Assembly (NCBI GenBank): GCA_951406725.2
Contig: OX597821.1
Location: forward strand, 46,376,001-46,440,000
Source of the DNA: Octopus vulgaris
Lineage: Eukaryota
Direction of reading: 5' to 3'
DNA: 64,000 nt
This document shows positions 14,871 through 26,424 of the stretch, in pieces (position 1 is the stretch's first letter; each line of letters opens with the position of its first letter). Below the pieces are notes generated by a model, which saw nothing but the letters and a program-made list of their open reading frames with translations, had not been told where the DNA came from and ran no database searches. A program made the translations under genes and the position numbers.

Positions 14871-14908
14871 CAGTACCGGTTTCGGTCATTTTGAGACCTT
14901 TTCAACTG
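14871..14908 (-). ncRNA. Minimal type I hammerhead ribozyme with U3-A8 variant core
   Basis: cag TTGAAAA ggtc-tcaaaat-gacc GAAA ccgg TA ctg: stem I cag/ctg, stem II ggtc/gacc, palindromic stem III, GUA site. Located at the PLE 3' end where HHRs are expected. Confidence 0.75.
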
Positions 14909-15607
14909 TAACGATTAAATAATTAAATTTAGAAAAATTAGAAGAAAAGTTTTTTTAAAACAATATTTCTATAGTAGTGTTCAGATTTAAGTGGCATTCT
15001 GCCTTTCTCTGACTCCCTTGTTTGCACTTGTGTGTTCGAGGTAGTTGTGAGTTCTTGGTAGGGTAGTAGAGGGAAGGCTGGTGAGGAAAAGGGGGTGGGA
15101 GAATCTGGGAGTGCCCTGATGGTCGTATTTTGAATGGTCAGTGGCGGCTGGCAGTCTCAGTTCAATTCAGGAGAATATTTATATCGACAGGCTTGTTTAT
15201 AGAATTAGCGTAGGTGTTATACTAAAAAACATTAGTGACAAACTTAAGGGGTAGGGGGTGGAGAAGAAGAAGAAGAAGAAGAAGAAGGAGAAGGAGAAGG
15301 AGAAGATGATGGTGATGGTGGTGATGATTATGACGACGATGATGATGATAACGATGATGATGAAGAAGAAGAAGAAGAAGAAGGAGGAGAAGGAGAAGAT
15401 GGTGGTGATGATGGTGGCGATGATGATGACGCCGATGATGATGATAACGATGATGATGAAGAAGAAGAAGAAGAAAAAAACAGAGAAGGGAGAATATGAA
15501 TGGGTGTAAATATAGCTATGAAGGGGCTGATTAGTAATGGATTCTATGGAGTGTAGTATTTGTGTGTGTATATATATTTTTTTCTTTTATTCTAAAGTTG
15601 AGGTATA

Positions 15608-17962
15608 TTAATTGTTTGTCGTAGACCCGTTAAGAAGTGGCTTGTATTTTGTAATAAAGAGATTTTCTTTACTTATTCTTTGTCTCGAGGTTGTATCGTC
15701 CCTAAATTGGTAGAGGGGGAAAATTCTGAAGTTTGGTGTTTTTTTGTTGGCGCAAGTATCTATGTGTTGGCTAAAAGCTATTTTTCTGTTTTGGGGAATT
15801 TTTATCTGGGATCTGTGCAGGGCCATTCGTTTACGCAAACCATTTTTTGTTTGGCCTATGTACTGCTCTTGACACCCGGAGCAGGTTAGTGAGTATATTA
15901 GGTTCTCCGAAGCACATGTGAAGTTGCTTTTCACTGTAAACCGTTGTCCCTGTTTGAAGGAGAACTCAGAACCCTCGATTAGATAGTCGCATATCCCGCA
16001 ATTGGGTCTTCCACATTTTTTTACTGTCGGCTTCTGTGTTGAAGAGTGAATTCGGGCTTGTGTAAGGAGACTTTTCATGGATCTAGGCTGTCTTTTGCTT
16101 TTTATGATCGTGTGTGTTTGGAGGATTGTGTTCATTCTGTGGTCTTTTTTTAGGAGGGGTATGTTGTGGAGGATGGTGTCGAAGGCTTCGTTATTGAGAG
16201 GGTTGTGTGTGGAGATGTATGGTAAGGCTTTTGGTTGTAAGTTTTTCTTTGATTTGGGATGTCTCAGTTCCTTGATGTTAAGTTGAAGGGCACGTTGAAT
16301 GCACTTGTCAATAAGTGAAGGTGGATAGTTCCTGGTGATTAGGGTATCTTTTAGTTCTTGTAGTCGTGTGTCTCTGGTGTTTGCGTTAGAGACTATAGTG
16401 CATATCCTTTTTGCTAGATTGAAGGGGATATTCATCCTGGTGTGTCTGGGGTGGCATGAATTGAATGGAAGATATTGCTTAGAGTCTGTAGGCTTATAGT
16501 ATATGTCTGTTTCTATTATATTATTAGCTTTCTTAATGAGGATATCGAGGAAGGGGAGTTGTTGTTGGCTATATTCCATCGTGAATTGGATGTTTACGTC
16601 CAGTCCGTTTAAAATTTTCTGGAATTCTATGAGTTTTTCTATATTTTTATGCCAAAGGATGAAACAGTCATCTAGATATCTCTTCCAGTTGTTTTCTATG
16701 TAGATGGAGAAAGGGCTGCCATATCTTTCTAGAACCTTACGATACAGACTGATCTCTAGGTATCCTATGACTAGGTTGGCAAAGGAGGGGGCCATTCGTG
16801 TACCCATCGCAGTCCCCGATTTTTGTCGGTAGAAGTTGTCATTGAAGGCGAAGAAGTTATTTTCCAGGATGAATTTAACCCCTTCTATCACAAATTCTTT
16901 TTTGATGCGGTGTGGTAGTTCGTTGGCGTGATTCTCTAGCCAGAATTGGATTGCCTCTAGTCCTAGGTTGTGGGGGATATTGGAGTAGAGGTTGACTACA
17001 TCGAAGGATACCAGTATGGTGTTTTTGTTTATAGTATTCGGTAGGTGATTGAGCATATCTAAGTCGTCCCTTATATAGCTTTTGACATGTTTGAGGAGTG
17101 GTTTTAACAGGGTGTCTAAAAAGTTACTGAGGCGGTGGGTTTCGCATGCGGGACCTGCTATTATGGGTCTCAATTTGAGGTCATTAGGATTAGGGACTTT
17201 AATTATTTTGTCTGTAGCTATCTTGCATGCGTTGCTTATTTTTTCACTTTTGTGGATCTTAGGTATACCGTAGAATTGGCTAGTTTTACTTGTGAAATTG
17301 GTCATATAATCATATTCTTTGTCGGTGAGCCCTGCTTTGTATGGGTTTAATATGGATTTTAGTTCCCTCATTATTTTTTGTTGACTGTAGTTTTGTGCCT
17401 TTTCATAGTATGTTGTGTCTTCCAGCATAGAAAGTACCAAAGTTATGTAAAATGTCGTATCCATTAAGACAACAGCACTCCCTTTATCGGCCTCTTTGAT
17501 TGTTATTGTTTTATCTAGTTTTAATTTGTTCAACTCAGCCCATTCTTTTTTGCTGAAGTTTGGTTTGTGTTTTTGTTTGTGCATATGTTGATATGGGTAA
17601 TTTGATATGTGGTCACAGAAATCATCAAGTGTTTTATTCTTACCTTTCGAGGGGGTGTAGTTACTCCTATTTCTGGCTAACGATTCGTCCTCGTTGTATT
17701 TATCGTATAGCTCCTCAGTAAGTCTTAATTTTCTGCAGAATTCTGCGATGTCTTCTTTCATTTCATTGTAGTTGGGGTGTTGTGGGGTGGGTGTAAACTT
17801 GAGTCCTTTGGAAAGTATGTTTATTTGGTTTGCTGTTAGTTCCTTGTGAGTTAGATTAATAATTTTTATTACTTTTGGTTCCTCCTGCTTGTTTGGTGCT
17901 ATCTTGTGTCTCTGTGTTTGCGTATTGGGTCTAAAAAATGAATGCGGTGGTTGGGACGGTAG
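15608..17962 (-). CDS. PLE reverse transcriptase + GIY-YIG endonuclease (717 aa from the first ATG at 17761; frame open from about 17962)
   Basis: IINLT..LSKGLKFTPTP (upstream of the ATG), ADKG, FYGIPKIHK, LRPII, SFDVVNLY, GTAMG, RYLDD, FLDI, Cys linker CGRPNCGIC, and LIYSLTCSGCQEQYIGQT...LRKRMALH. No internal stops. Confidence 0.95.
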   Translation of the reverse strand, partial: LPSQPPHSFFRPNTQTQRHKIAPNKQEEPKVIKIINLTHKELTANQINILSKGLKFTPTPQHPNYNEMKEDIAEFCRKLRLTEELYDKYNEDESLARNRSNYTPSKGKNKTLDDFCDHISNYPYQHMHKQKHKPNFSKKEWAELNKLKLDKTITIKEADKGSAVVLMDTTFYITLVLSMLEDTTYYEKAQNYSQQKIMRELKSILNPYKAGLTDKEYDYMTNFTSKTSQFYGIPKIHKSEKISNACKIATDKIIKVPNPNDLKLRPIIAGPACETHRLSNFLDTLLKPLLKHVKSYIRDDLDMLNHLPNTINKNTILVSFDVVNLYSNIPHNLGLEAIQFWLENHANELPHRIKKEFVIEGVKFILENNFFAFNDNFYRQKSGTAMGTRMAPSFANLVIGYLEISLYRKVLERYGSPFSIYIENNWKRYLDDCFILWHKNIEKLIEFQKILNGLDVNIQFTMEYSQQQLPFLDILIKKANNIIETDIYYKPTDSKQYLPFNSCHPRHTRMNIPFNLAKRICTIVSNANTRDTRLQELKDTLITRNYPPSLIDKCIQRALQLNIKELRHPKSKKNLQPKALPYISTHNPLNNEAFDTILHNIPLLKKDHRMNTILQTHTIIKSKRQPRSMKSLLTQARIHSSTQKPTVKKCGRPNCGICDYLIEGSEFSFKQGQRFTVKSNFTCASENLIYSLTCSGCQEQYIGQTKNGLRKRMALHRSQIKIPQNRKIAFSQHIDTCANKKTPNFRIFPLYQFRDDTTSRQRISKENLFITKYKPLLNGSTTNN

Positions 17963-18492
17963 CTAGTATATAGTTGTTCTTTGTTGATTAGGGGTCTCCT
18001 GTTGTGATTTGTGGTGTGTGTTCTTGGAGCAGTATTGAGGAGAGCATCCCGATATCCCATATTCGGGTGTGGTGTTCTAGGAGGCCTTCGTTGGTAATCA
18101 TTGCAAGTGGTGTGGGTTTGTTGTGCATGGTTGTTTAACCGGTTAATGGGACGAAGATTTCGTTGGTAACTCCTTTGGGTGGGGATGAGGTTGTAGTGTC
18201 TATGCTGTGGGTGTTGATTTATCCTTTCTCTGCTTGAAGTGGGGGTATTCCTGATATTGTATCGCTGGCTGCTTACAGAGTTGGGGTTAGGTCCTGTATT
18301 CTTTTTTTGATAGTAGTGAAGGTTCCGATTTTTAGACAGGTGTGTATCGGTGTTTGGGTGTTGTTTTGGTTTTCTTATTTTCTGGAAAGGGTTGTTGGAG
18401 GCGTGCTCTGTTTGAAAGACGGCTTCATAGTCTGAGAACCAAGTGGCGCTTTTCTCCCAGCGTTGGAGAGATTTTAGTTCTTCTTTTTCACA
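17899..18492 (-). CDS. PLE upstream ORF (5'-truncated; basic N/R/H/P-rich C-terminal part)
   Basis: Open frame from the (TA)n junction to TAG at 17899, overlapping the RT frame by about 64 nt. The track's ATG at 18549 lies in flanking microsatellite and is probably spurious. Confidence 0.6.
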   Translation of the reverse strand, partial: CEKEELKSLQRWEKSATWFSDYEAVFQTEHASNNPFQKIRKPKQHPNTDTHLSKNRNLHYYQKKNTGPNPNSVSSQRYNIRNTPTSSRERINQHPQHRHYNLIPTQRSYQRNLRPINRLNNHAQQTHTTCNDYQRRPPRTPHPNMGYRDALLNTAPRTHTTNHNRRPLINKEQLYTSYRPNHRIHFLDPIRKHRDTR

Positions 18493-18696
18493 GTATATAT
18501 ATATATATATATATACATACATCACACGCATCCACTCACACATACACACAAAGTTTATATGCCCACCTAAGCAAAATCACACGTATATACACACGTTACT
18601 CAGAGCTTTCATATCAATATTAAGACACACATACACACACACACAGATAGACAGATACATACATACATACAATATATATATATATATACATCTATA

Positions 18697-19873
18697 TAGG
18701 GTGCGGTGAATAAATTGTCTAAATTATGCAAAATTTCTCATTTTAGCAGATATATTTATCAAAATTGAAATCCTAAAGAGTAAATTCATTCAATAAAATC
18801 GCCAATGGCTTCAACACCGGTCTCTAGGCGACTCGGAATCTCCTGCAACTTCCTCTGGATGGTCTCCTTGTTTAAGTTGGTGAATGTTACCATAATCCTT
18901 GCTTTCAGTTCATCTTTGGTGTTACAAAGAAGTTTTGATGGTCTCTCACACAACTGCACCCCACACATAATAATCAAATGTGGTTGCAGTCTGGGGAGTT
19001 ATGTGGCCAGATGTTAGGGATGATGTGGTCGCAGAAATTGTCTGACAGCCATGACTGGGTTCTTCTGCTTGTGTGGCATGGTGCAGAGTCCTGTTGCCAG
19101 ACATAGGGTCTTCCAGCAGCCACCCTCTTGGCACTTGATGTAGGCTTCCGTGTTGCGTCTGAATCCTTGTAGGAAGATGACTAGAGGCATAACGTCACCA
19201 TCACTAGTGATCACTCCAAACAACATAATGTTGACTGGATGTTTTGATTTTTGGGGACATGGCAAGCCAACGGTTGTTCTGTCTGTCCAACGGTTGTTCT
19301 CGTCTGAGAAAAAGCAAAGCACATTCGGTTGGAGTGGGTGCTTGAGTTTGTTCAAAAGCATCGTAATGCGATCTTTCCTTTTGTCCTTGATGGCTTGGGA
19401 TAAAAATTGGTCCTTTCTTATCTTGTATGAGGAATACTGAATGTCTTCATACACTACCTGCCTGGTGATGGACCTGATTAACTTGGAGGGATCGTTGTCA
19501 ATCATGGCCTGGATCTCACTAACAAATTCAACAGTTCTTTTCTTATCAGAACAATCAAAGTGAGTTTTCCGAGCTGCCGTACCTTCATAATCCTCATTAA
19601 CTCATCCAACTCTTTTCTAATTCTCTACACTGTCCTTAAATTCACCCAAAAACTCTGAGATATTCGTAGTGGAGCTTTCGGTGCGGAGGCCAAGCAGTAC
19701 AGCATGTCGTTTCAAATTTCTGACAGAGTGAATGGCGTCATGATGCGGTTTTTCTTACAGACAGTGCCCAACTGACCCTACTATTCTGCGTAGTCGACAA
19801 AATCAAAACCCCAAAAATGTGCATGCGCAAAATTAGAAATATAAACTAGTGATAATTTACCCATCGTACCCTG
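18697..19873 (-). mobile_element. Decayed Tc1/mariner (maT/DD37D-like) DNA transposon
   Basis: Imperfect TIRs ta-tagggtgcggtgaataaattgtc / ta-cagggtacgatgggtaaattatc with TA flanks. Fragments FFSDE, KHPVNIMLFGVITSDG, VWQQDSAPCHTSR, WPHNSPDCN, YVWG and GDFIE*. Confidence 0.85.
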
Positions 19874-19954
19874 TATGTATATATATATATATATGTATGA
19901 CTACAGTTATATATACACAAACGTGCATACGTACATACATTCTATCTATCTATT

Positions 19955-20076
<122 letters not shown>

Positions 20077-20082
20077 CGTCCG

Positions 20083-20212
<130 letters not shown>

Positions 20213-20219
20213 TATATAT

Positions 20220-20378
20220 AGGCGTGGCTGTGTGGTAAGAAGCTTGCTTCCGGGTTCAGTTCCACTGCGTGGCACCTTTGTCAAATGCCTTCTACTACAG
20301 CCTCGGGTCAACAAATGCCTTGTGAGTGGATTTGGTAGACAGAAACTGAAAGAAGGCCATCGTGTCTATGTGTGTGGG

Positions 20379-20415
<37 letters not shown>

Positions 20416-20447
20416 TATATATATATATGCATATATATATATGTATA

Positions 20448-20488
<41 letters not shown>

Positions 20489-20530
20489 GTATATATATAT
20501 ATGTATATATATATATATACATATATATCC

Positions 20531-20562
<32 letters not shown>

Positions 20563-20800
20563 CACACCTTTATATATGTATGTACCTATGTGTGTGTGTG
20601 TGTGTGTGTGTGTGTCACTCCCCATTTGTTCCACCGCTTGCCAACTGGTGCTGGTGTGTTTACGTCCTCGTAGCTCAGCGTTTCGGCAAATGACACTGCT
20701 AAAATAAGCACGAGGCTTTAAAAACGTAATAAGTCCTGTCGTCGATTTGTTCCACTAAAACCATTCAAGGCGGTGCTCCAGCATGGTCGCAGTCAAAAAC
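20220..20800 (+). mobile_element. SINE family A with expanded internal microsatellite
   Basis: Head ggcgtggctgtgtggtaag at 20221, about 240 bp of (TA)/(TG) repeats inside, 3' body ggcggtgctccagcatgg. Confidence 0.8.
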
Positions 20801-20842
20801 GAATAAAGGAATATACATATATGTATAATACATACCTACATA

Positions 20843-20881
<39 letters not shown>

Positions 20882-20989
20882 TGTATTAATAAATATATAT
20901 AACTATATATATATATATGTATAGAACGCCATGATAGATCGTTAGCTCCAGCACGCATTTTTTTCTCTCCTTGTTTTTTTTTCTGTGTA

Positions 20990-21027
20990 TCTTTCTGTCG
21001 AAGAGCGTAGGCTCGAAACGTAAAAGA
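20990..21027 (+). ncRNA. Minimal hammerhead-like motif (A6U core variant) in a ~210-bp (TA)n-embedded element
   Basis: tcttt CTGTCGA a gagc-gtag-gctc GAAA cg TA aaaga: stem I 5 bp, stem II 4 bp, GUA site. Confidence 0.6.
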
Positions 21028-21144
21028 CTTGTTCTATTTCTATTCCTGACCGCCATACTAATACATTTGTTTGTTTGTACTCCACCTGCCTTCGTCTTTT
21101 GTTTATTTTCGTCGTAAACCTTCCCGTTATATATATACATATAC

Positions 21145-21280
<136 letters not shown>

Positions 21281-21331
21281 GTGTAGGAAGAAATGGAGCT
21301 GAACGAAGATTTAACAAAATTCCTTTTTATT

Positions 21332-21417
21332 ATTTTCTACATATGTTTCAAAGGCTGCAAAGTCCCTAATTCGGATTGAATAAGGAGTCCATTTTGCAGC
21401 CTTCTCTTCAGGAAAAT
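21332..21417 (-). ncRNA. Type I hammerhead ribozyme, canonical core
   Basis: attttc CTGAAGA gaaggctgcaaa...tttgcagccttt GAAA catatg TA gaaaat: stem I 6 bp, long stem II, palindromic stem III, GUA site. Confidence 0.85.
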
Positions 21418-21889
21418 CCAGGAACTTAATTCTCCAACGAAATGCACAGCAAGCTTTTCGACAAACGCTCACGAGGAGCCCATGGAATAAATGGCACAAA
21501 CTGTCTATCAATATGCGTTGACGCCAGGCAAGACATTGCGAGACTAATAACCAAATACAGAATTCAATATACGCATGCTTCAGAACGAAGTCTCAGTCAA
21601 GTACAGAGCGGTGATGAGAAAATAAGACGACAACGGAATAGACTCTTGTCTCATGAGCTTCATTAGCTTTCAACTGTTTGTGCTAGAAGATGCAGTGGGC
21701 TCATAGATGAGTGATTCAGCTACATCTTATAGCTTCATCACAGCTTCGAATATGAAGTGCAGTTTAAGTGCGGCAGTGAATCACATTTATAAATGCTACT
21801 CGAGCGCACAACTATGAGTCCACTGCATTCTATAGCAGAAACAGCCGTAAGCTAGTGAAGTTCTTAAGAGAATCGTTTATTCCTTTTAT

Positions 21890-21990
<101 letters not shown>

Positions 21991-22346
21991 TAAATGAAAT
22001 AAAACATATGCATATATATAAACATATATGTACGTACCTACCTCTACATGTACATATACACGCATATATGAGTACAGGACACCAAAAAGACGTCGAACAC
22101 AATGAGAAACGAAAACATAGACACAAACCAAAGGAACTGGACATTTTTTTAAAACAACAAAAAAATAGAGTACAGGACAATTAACACAAAGAAAAAACCC
22201 TTCTTCAGTCGCTATGGTTTCATCTACTCTACGTTTCGAAGGATAATATATATATATATATTTAAACGCTCAGACACACACAGGCGAATATATGTGTATA
22301 CATATATCTGTATATTTAAAAGTGATTATAAAAAAATGCGTATGTA

Positions 22347-22427
<81 letters not shown>

Positions 22428-22473
22428 GTCTGTCTATATATATATATATTATTTATTATTTTCTATATATATG

Positions 22474-22528
<55 letters not shown>

Positions 22529-23022
22529 CACACACACACACATATATATATATATGTATATATATGCATATATGCATATTTGTATATATGCATACATGTA
22601 TACACATATATACACACATACATATAAACACATATATAAACACAAAGAAACATGTATGTATGCATGCATGTATGTATGTATGTATGTATGTATGTATGTA
22701 TGTATGTATGTATGTATGTATGTATGCATGCATGTGTGAGAGTGTGCTCGTACGCGTGCGTGCAGTTATATTAACATTATTAGTAGCGATTCTTTCTGTA
22801 TAGTCGACTAATCAACACCGAATTTATTATAGTCCATATATCAGAATATACGCACAACAGTCTTTAAATAAATCTTAGCAGTTTAAGTGTTTCCAATTAT
22901 TTACAAGTTCAAATCTTACAAAGAAATGTATGTATGTGGCTAATAAAGAAACAAATCTATCTATCTATCTATCTATCCATCTTTCTTTCTTCTTTCTTTC
23001 TTTCTTTCTTTCTTTCAGTCTC

Positions 23023-23069
<47 letters not shown>

Positions 23070-23183
23070 CGGATATATATATATACGTACATTCATACGT
23101 ACATTCATACATACATACATACGTACATACATACATACATACATACATACATACATACGTACATACATACATACATACATACA

Positions 23184-23243
<60 letters not shown>

Positions 23244-23254
23244 CTTGTTTAAAT

Positions 23255-23580
23255 AATTACACCGCGGCTATGTTTTCAGTCGAATGTATGAACCCTAACA
23301 ACTCAATTTTTAAAAACCTAGTACGTATTCTAATAGTCATTTTGCCGAATCGCTAGGGTATGAGGACGTAAACACACCATCAGCGGTTTTGAAGCGATGG
23401 ATTGGAGGGCAAATAGAATCACAAATACAATCAAAAAGACATACGCACACACATATACAACGGGCCTTCTTTCAGTTTCCGTCTATGAAATCCACTCACA
23501 AGGCTTTTAGTTGGTCCGAAATTACTGTAGAATACACTTGCCCAAAGTCTCACATAGTGGGGCTGAATCCGGAATCGTGT
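23255..23580 (-). mobile_element. Old diverged SINE family A copy
   Basis: gacgtaaacacacca, ctttcagtttccgtcta and aaatccactcacaaggc blocks. Confidence 0.65.
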
Positions 23581-23627
23581 ACATGAAACACGTACACACA
23601 CGTATGCAAACATATACGCATAATATA

Positions 23628-23676
<49 letters not shown>

Positions 23677-23982
23677 TACTCACCTTCTCCTTCTCTCTCT
23701 CTCTCACACACACATGTGCGCGCGCATATATGTATATAGATAGAAAGATAGATAGATAGATAAATAAAGAGAGAGAGAGATTGATAGAATGACAAAACTC
23801 CACATTTATGTATATATATATGCGTGTCTGTTTGTATATATATATATATATATATATATTTATTATATAGAGTACCTTATTTACTGTGGTTAACCCCGAA
23901 TCAACCCGGGACCTACATATATATATATATATATATGTATGTATATATATATATATATATACATATATATACATATATATAC

Positions 23983-24023
<41 letters not shown>

Positions 24024-24039
24024 TATATATATATAAATA

Positions 24040-24104
<65 letters not shown>

Positions 24105-24489
24105 ATGGGTGTTTAGTTCACAGGTGATGGAAACGACTAGACACGCTACGTAAGTGCTGTTAACAGATTACCAGGGTTATAGCCGAGACGGTAGTATGCA
24201 TATATGACGAGATGTGAGTCAATTATTATAAAGATTTATAAATTTATAATTATGTCTTCTAGTACAAAATATTGCGCGAATGAGAGACTAAAGAAAAGAA
24301 ATTAGCAATTTACTTGAACCTACAAATATTTAAGAAAAGTCTTAGTTTTATTCAACTCCATATTGCACAATTTGGACAGATGCGGCTCGTCTTCTCTTCG
24401 CACATACATACATACATACATACATACATACATACATACATACATACATACATACATACATACATACATACATACATACATACATACAT

Positions 24490-24875
24490 GGTGGAAGCAC
24501 TCCGTCGGTTACGACGACGAGGGTTCCGGTTGATCCGAATCAACGGAATAGCCTGCTCGTGAAATTAACGTGTAAGTGGCTGAGCACTCCACAGACACGT
24601 GTACCCTTAACGTAGTTCTCGGGGATATTTAGCGTGACACAGAGTGACAAGGCTGGCCCTTTGAAATACAGGTACAACAGAAACAGGAAGTAAGAGTGAG
24701 AGAAAGTTGTGGTGAAAGAGTACAGCAGGGATCACCACCATCCCCTGCCGGAGCCTCGTGGAGCTTTAGGTGTTTTCGCTCAATAAACACTCACAACGCC
24801 CGGTCTGGGAATCGAAACCGCGATCCTACGACCGCGAGTCCGCTGCCCCAAACCACTGGGCCATTGCGCCTCCAC
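24490..24875 (-). mobile_element. SINE family D, tRNA-derived, full length
   Basis: Head ggaggcgcaatggcccagtgg...ggtttcgattcccagacc (A/B boxes) and RTE-like 3' stem-loop. Flanked by (CATA)n; partial copy at 25725-25898. Confidence 0.85.
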
Positions 24876-24914
24876 ATACATACATACATACATACATGCA
24901 GACAGACAGACACA

Positions 24915-25335
24915 CAGAGACAGAAAGGATTTGGGTCAGAGAAAAGAAACTGTGTACAGTTGTGGAAATTACCTGCCCAGCGGCTGCTAAAATAAAGTTG
25001 AAGTCCAGTGAAAAAGAGAACACATACGCTGAACTATTGAGAAATCTGCAGTTACTCTATCCACATTACAAGTTCAGGTTTATACCTGTAATTATTGGCG
25101 CACTAGAATATGTAACACAATGCCTAAATGTCAATCTTGAGAAATTAGACTTCTCAAAACCAGAAAGGAGAAAGCTAATTCGAAGACTACAGATCCAATC
25201 CATCACTGGAACTGTAAAAATCTGTAATACTTCCCCCAGACGTTTATCATTTAAATATATATGAGCATGTCTAGTTATGCAATTATATTCATGGGAATAC
25301 ATATATAAAGGAAAACACAAAAATCTGAACACATA
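24915..25335 (+). mobile_element. 3' end of an R4/Dong-like element (restriction-like endonuclease C-terminus)
   Basis: LCTVVEITCP...EKENTYAEL...IPVIIGAL...LQIQSITGTVKI, followed by a short UTR and (CATA)n. Confidence 0.7.
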
Positions 25336-25640
25336 CATACTTACATATATGCATACATACATACATACCTGCACACATACATTCATACCTACATGTATAC
25401 AAACACATGCATACATAAATACACGCACACACTGTCTTTCTCTCACGCACACACACACACACACAGACACACGTATATACATACATACATACATACATAC
25501 ATACATACATACATACATACATACATACGTACACACATATATATATATACATGTACATGTATATATATATATTATATATACTTATAGATATATATATAGT
25601 ATAATTATATATATATATATATCTTATATATACTAATATA

Positions 25641-25719
<79 letters not shown>

Positions 25720-25724
25720 AAGAG

Positions 25725-25895
25725 TGGGAGAAAGAGTGGTGAAAGAGTACAGCAGGGATCACCACCCCCTGCCGGAGCCTCGTGGAGCTATTAGGTGTTT
25801 TCGCTCAATAAACACTCACAACGCCCGGTCTGGGAATCGAAATCGCGATCCTGCGACCGCGAGTCCTCTGCCCTAACCACTAGGCCATTGCGCCT

Positions 25896-25898
<3 letters not shown>
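25725..25898 (-). mobile_element. SINE family D, 5' part
   Basis: Near-identical to 24700-24875. Confidence 0.85.
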
Positions 25899-25974
<76 letters not shown>

Positions 25975-26285
25975 CATACATACATACATACATACATACA
26001 TACATACATACATACATACATGCATACATACATAGATTCCTCTCACTTTCTTTACATGCGCACGCGTGCACAAACACAATTATGTACAGGTGTGCTTGTT
26101 TGAGTGGGAGTGTATACTTATAGGTATGTTTCATATGTGCCATGCTATCCAAATAGGTTTTTAATCCAAATTTTACATGCTATTGTTTCTAGCCTTATGC
26201 GCATCGTGATCCACCGAATATATATTTATATAATTGTGTGTGTGTGTGTGTGTGTGTGCGTGCAGTTTTAAGCACACACACGCAG

Positions 26286-26349
<64 letters not shown>

Positions 26350-26424
26350 TCACGTATTCATGTGTGTGTATATTTGTGTCCTTGTGTATGTGTTTGTTCC
26401 GCACAACTACTTGGCAACCGGTAT

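Larger units (their letters stand above)
14820..18492 (-). mobile_element. Penelope-like retroelement, Neptune-type, 5'-truncated, inserted in (TA)n
   Basis: Upstream ORF, RT-GIY-YIG ORF, and 3' UTR with microsatellite and hammerhead. Both ends abut (TA)n. Second decayed copy at 54410-55795. Confidence 0.92.
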
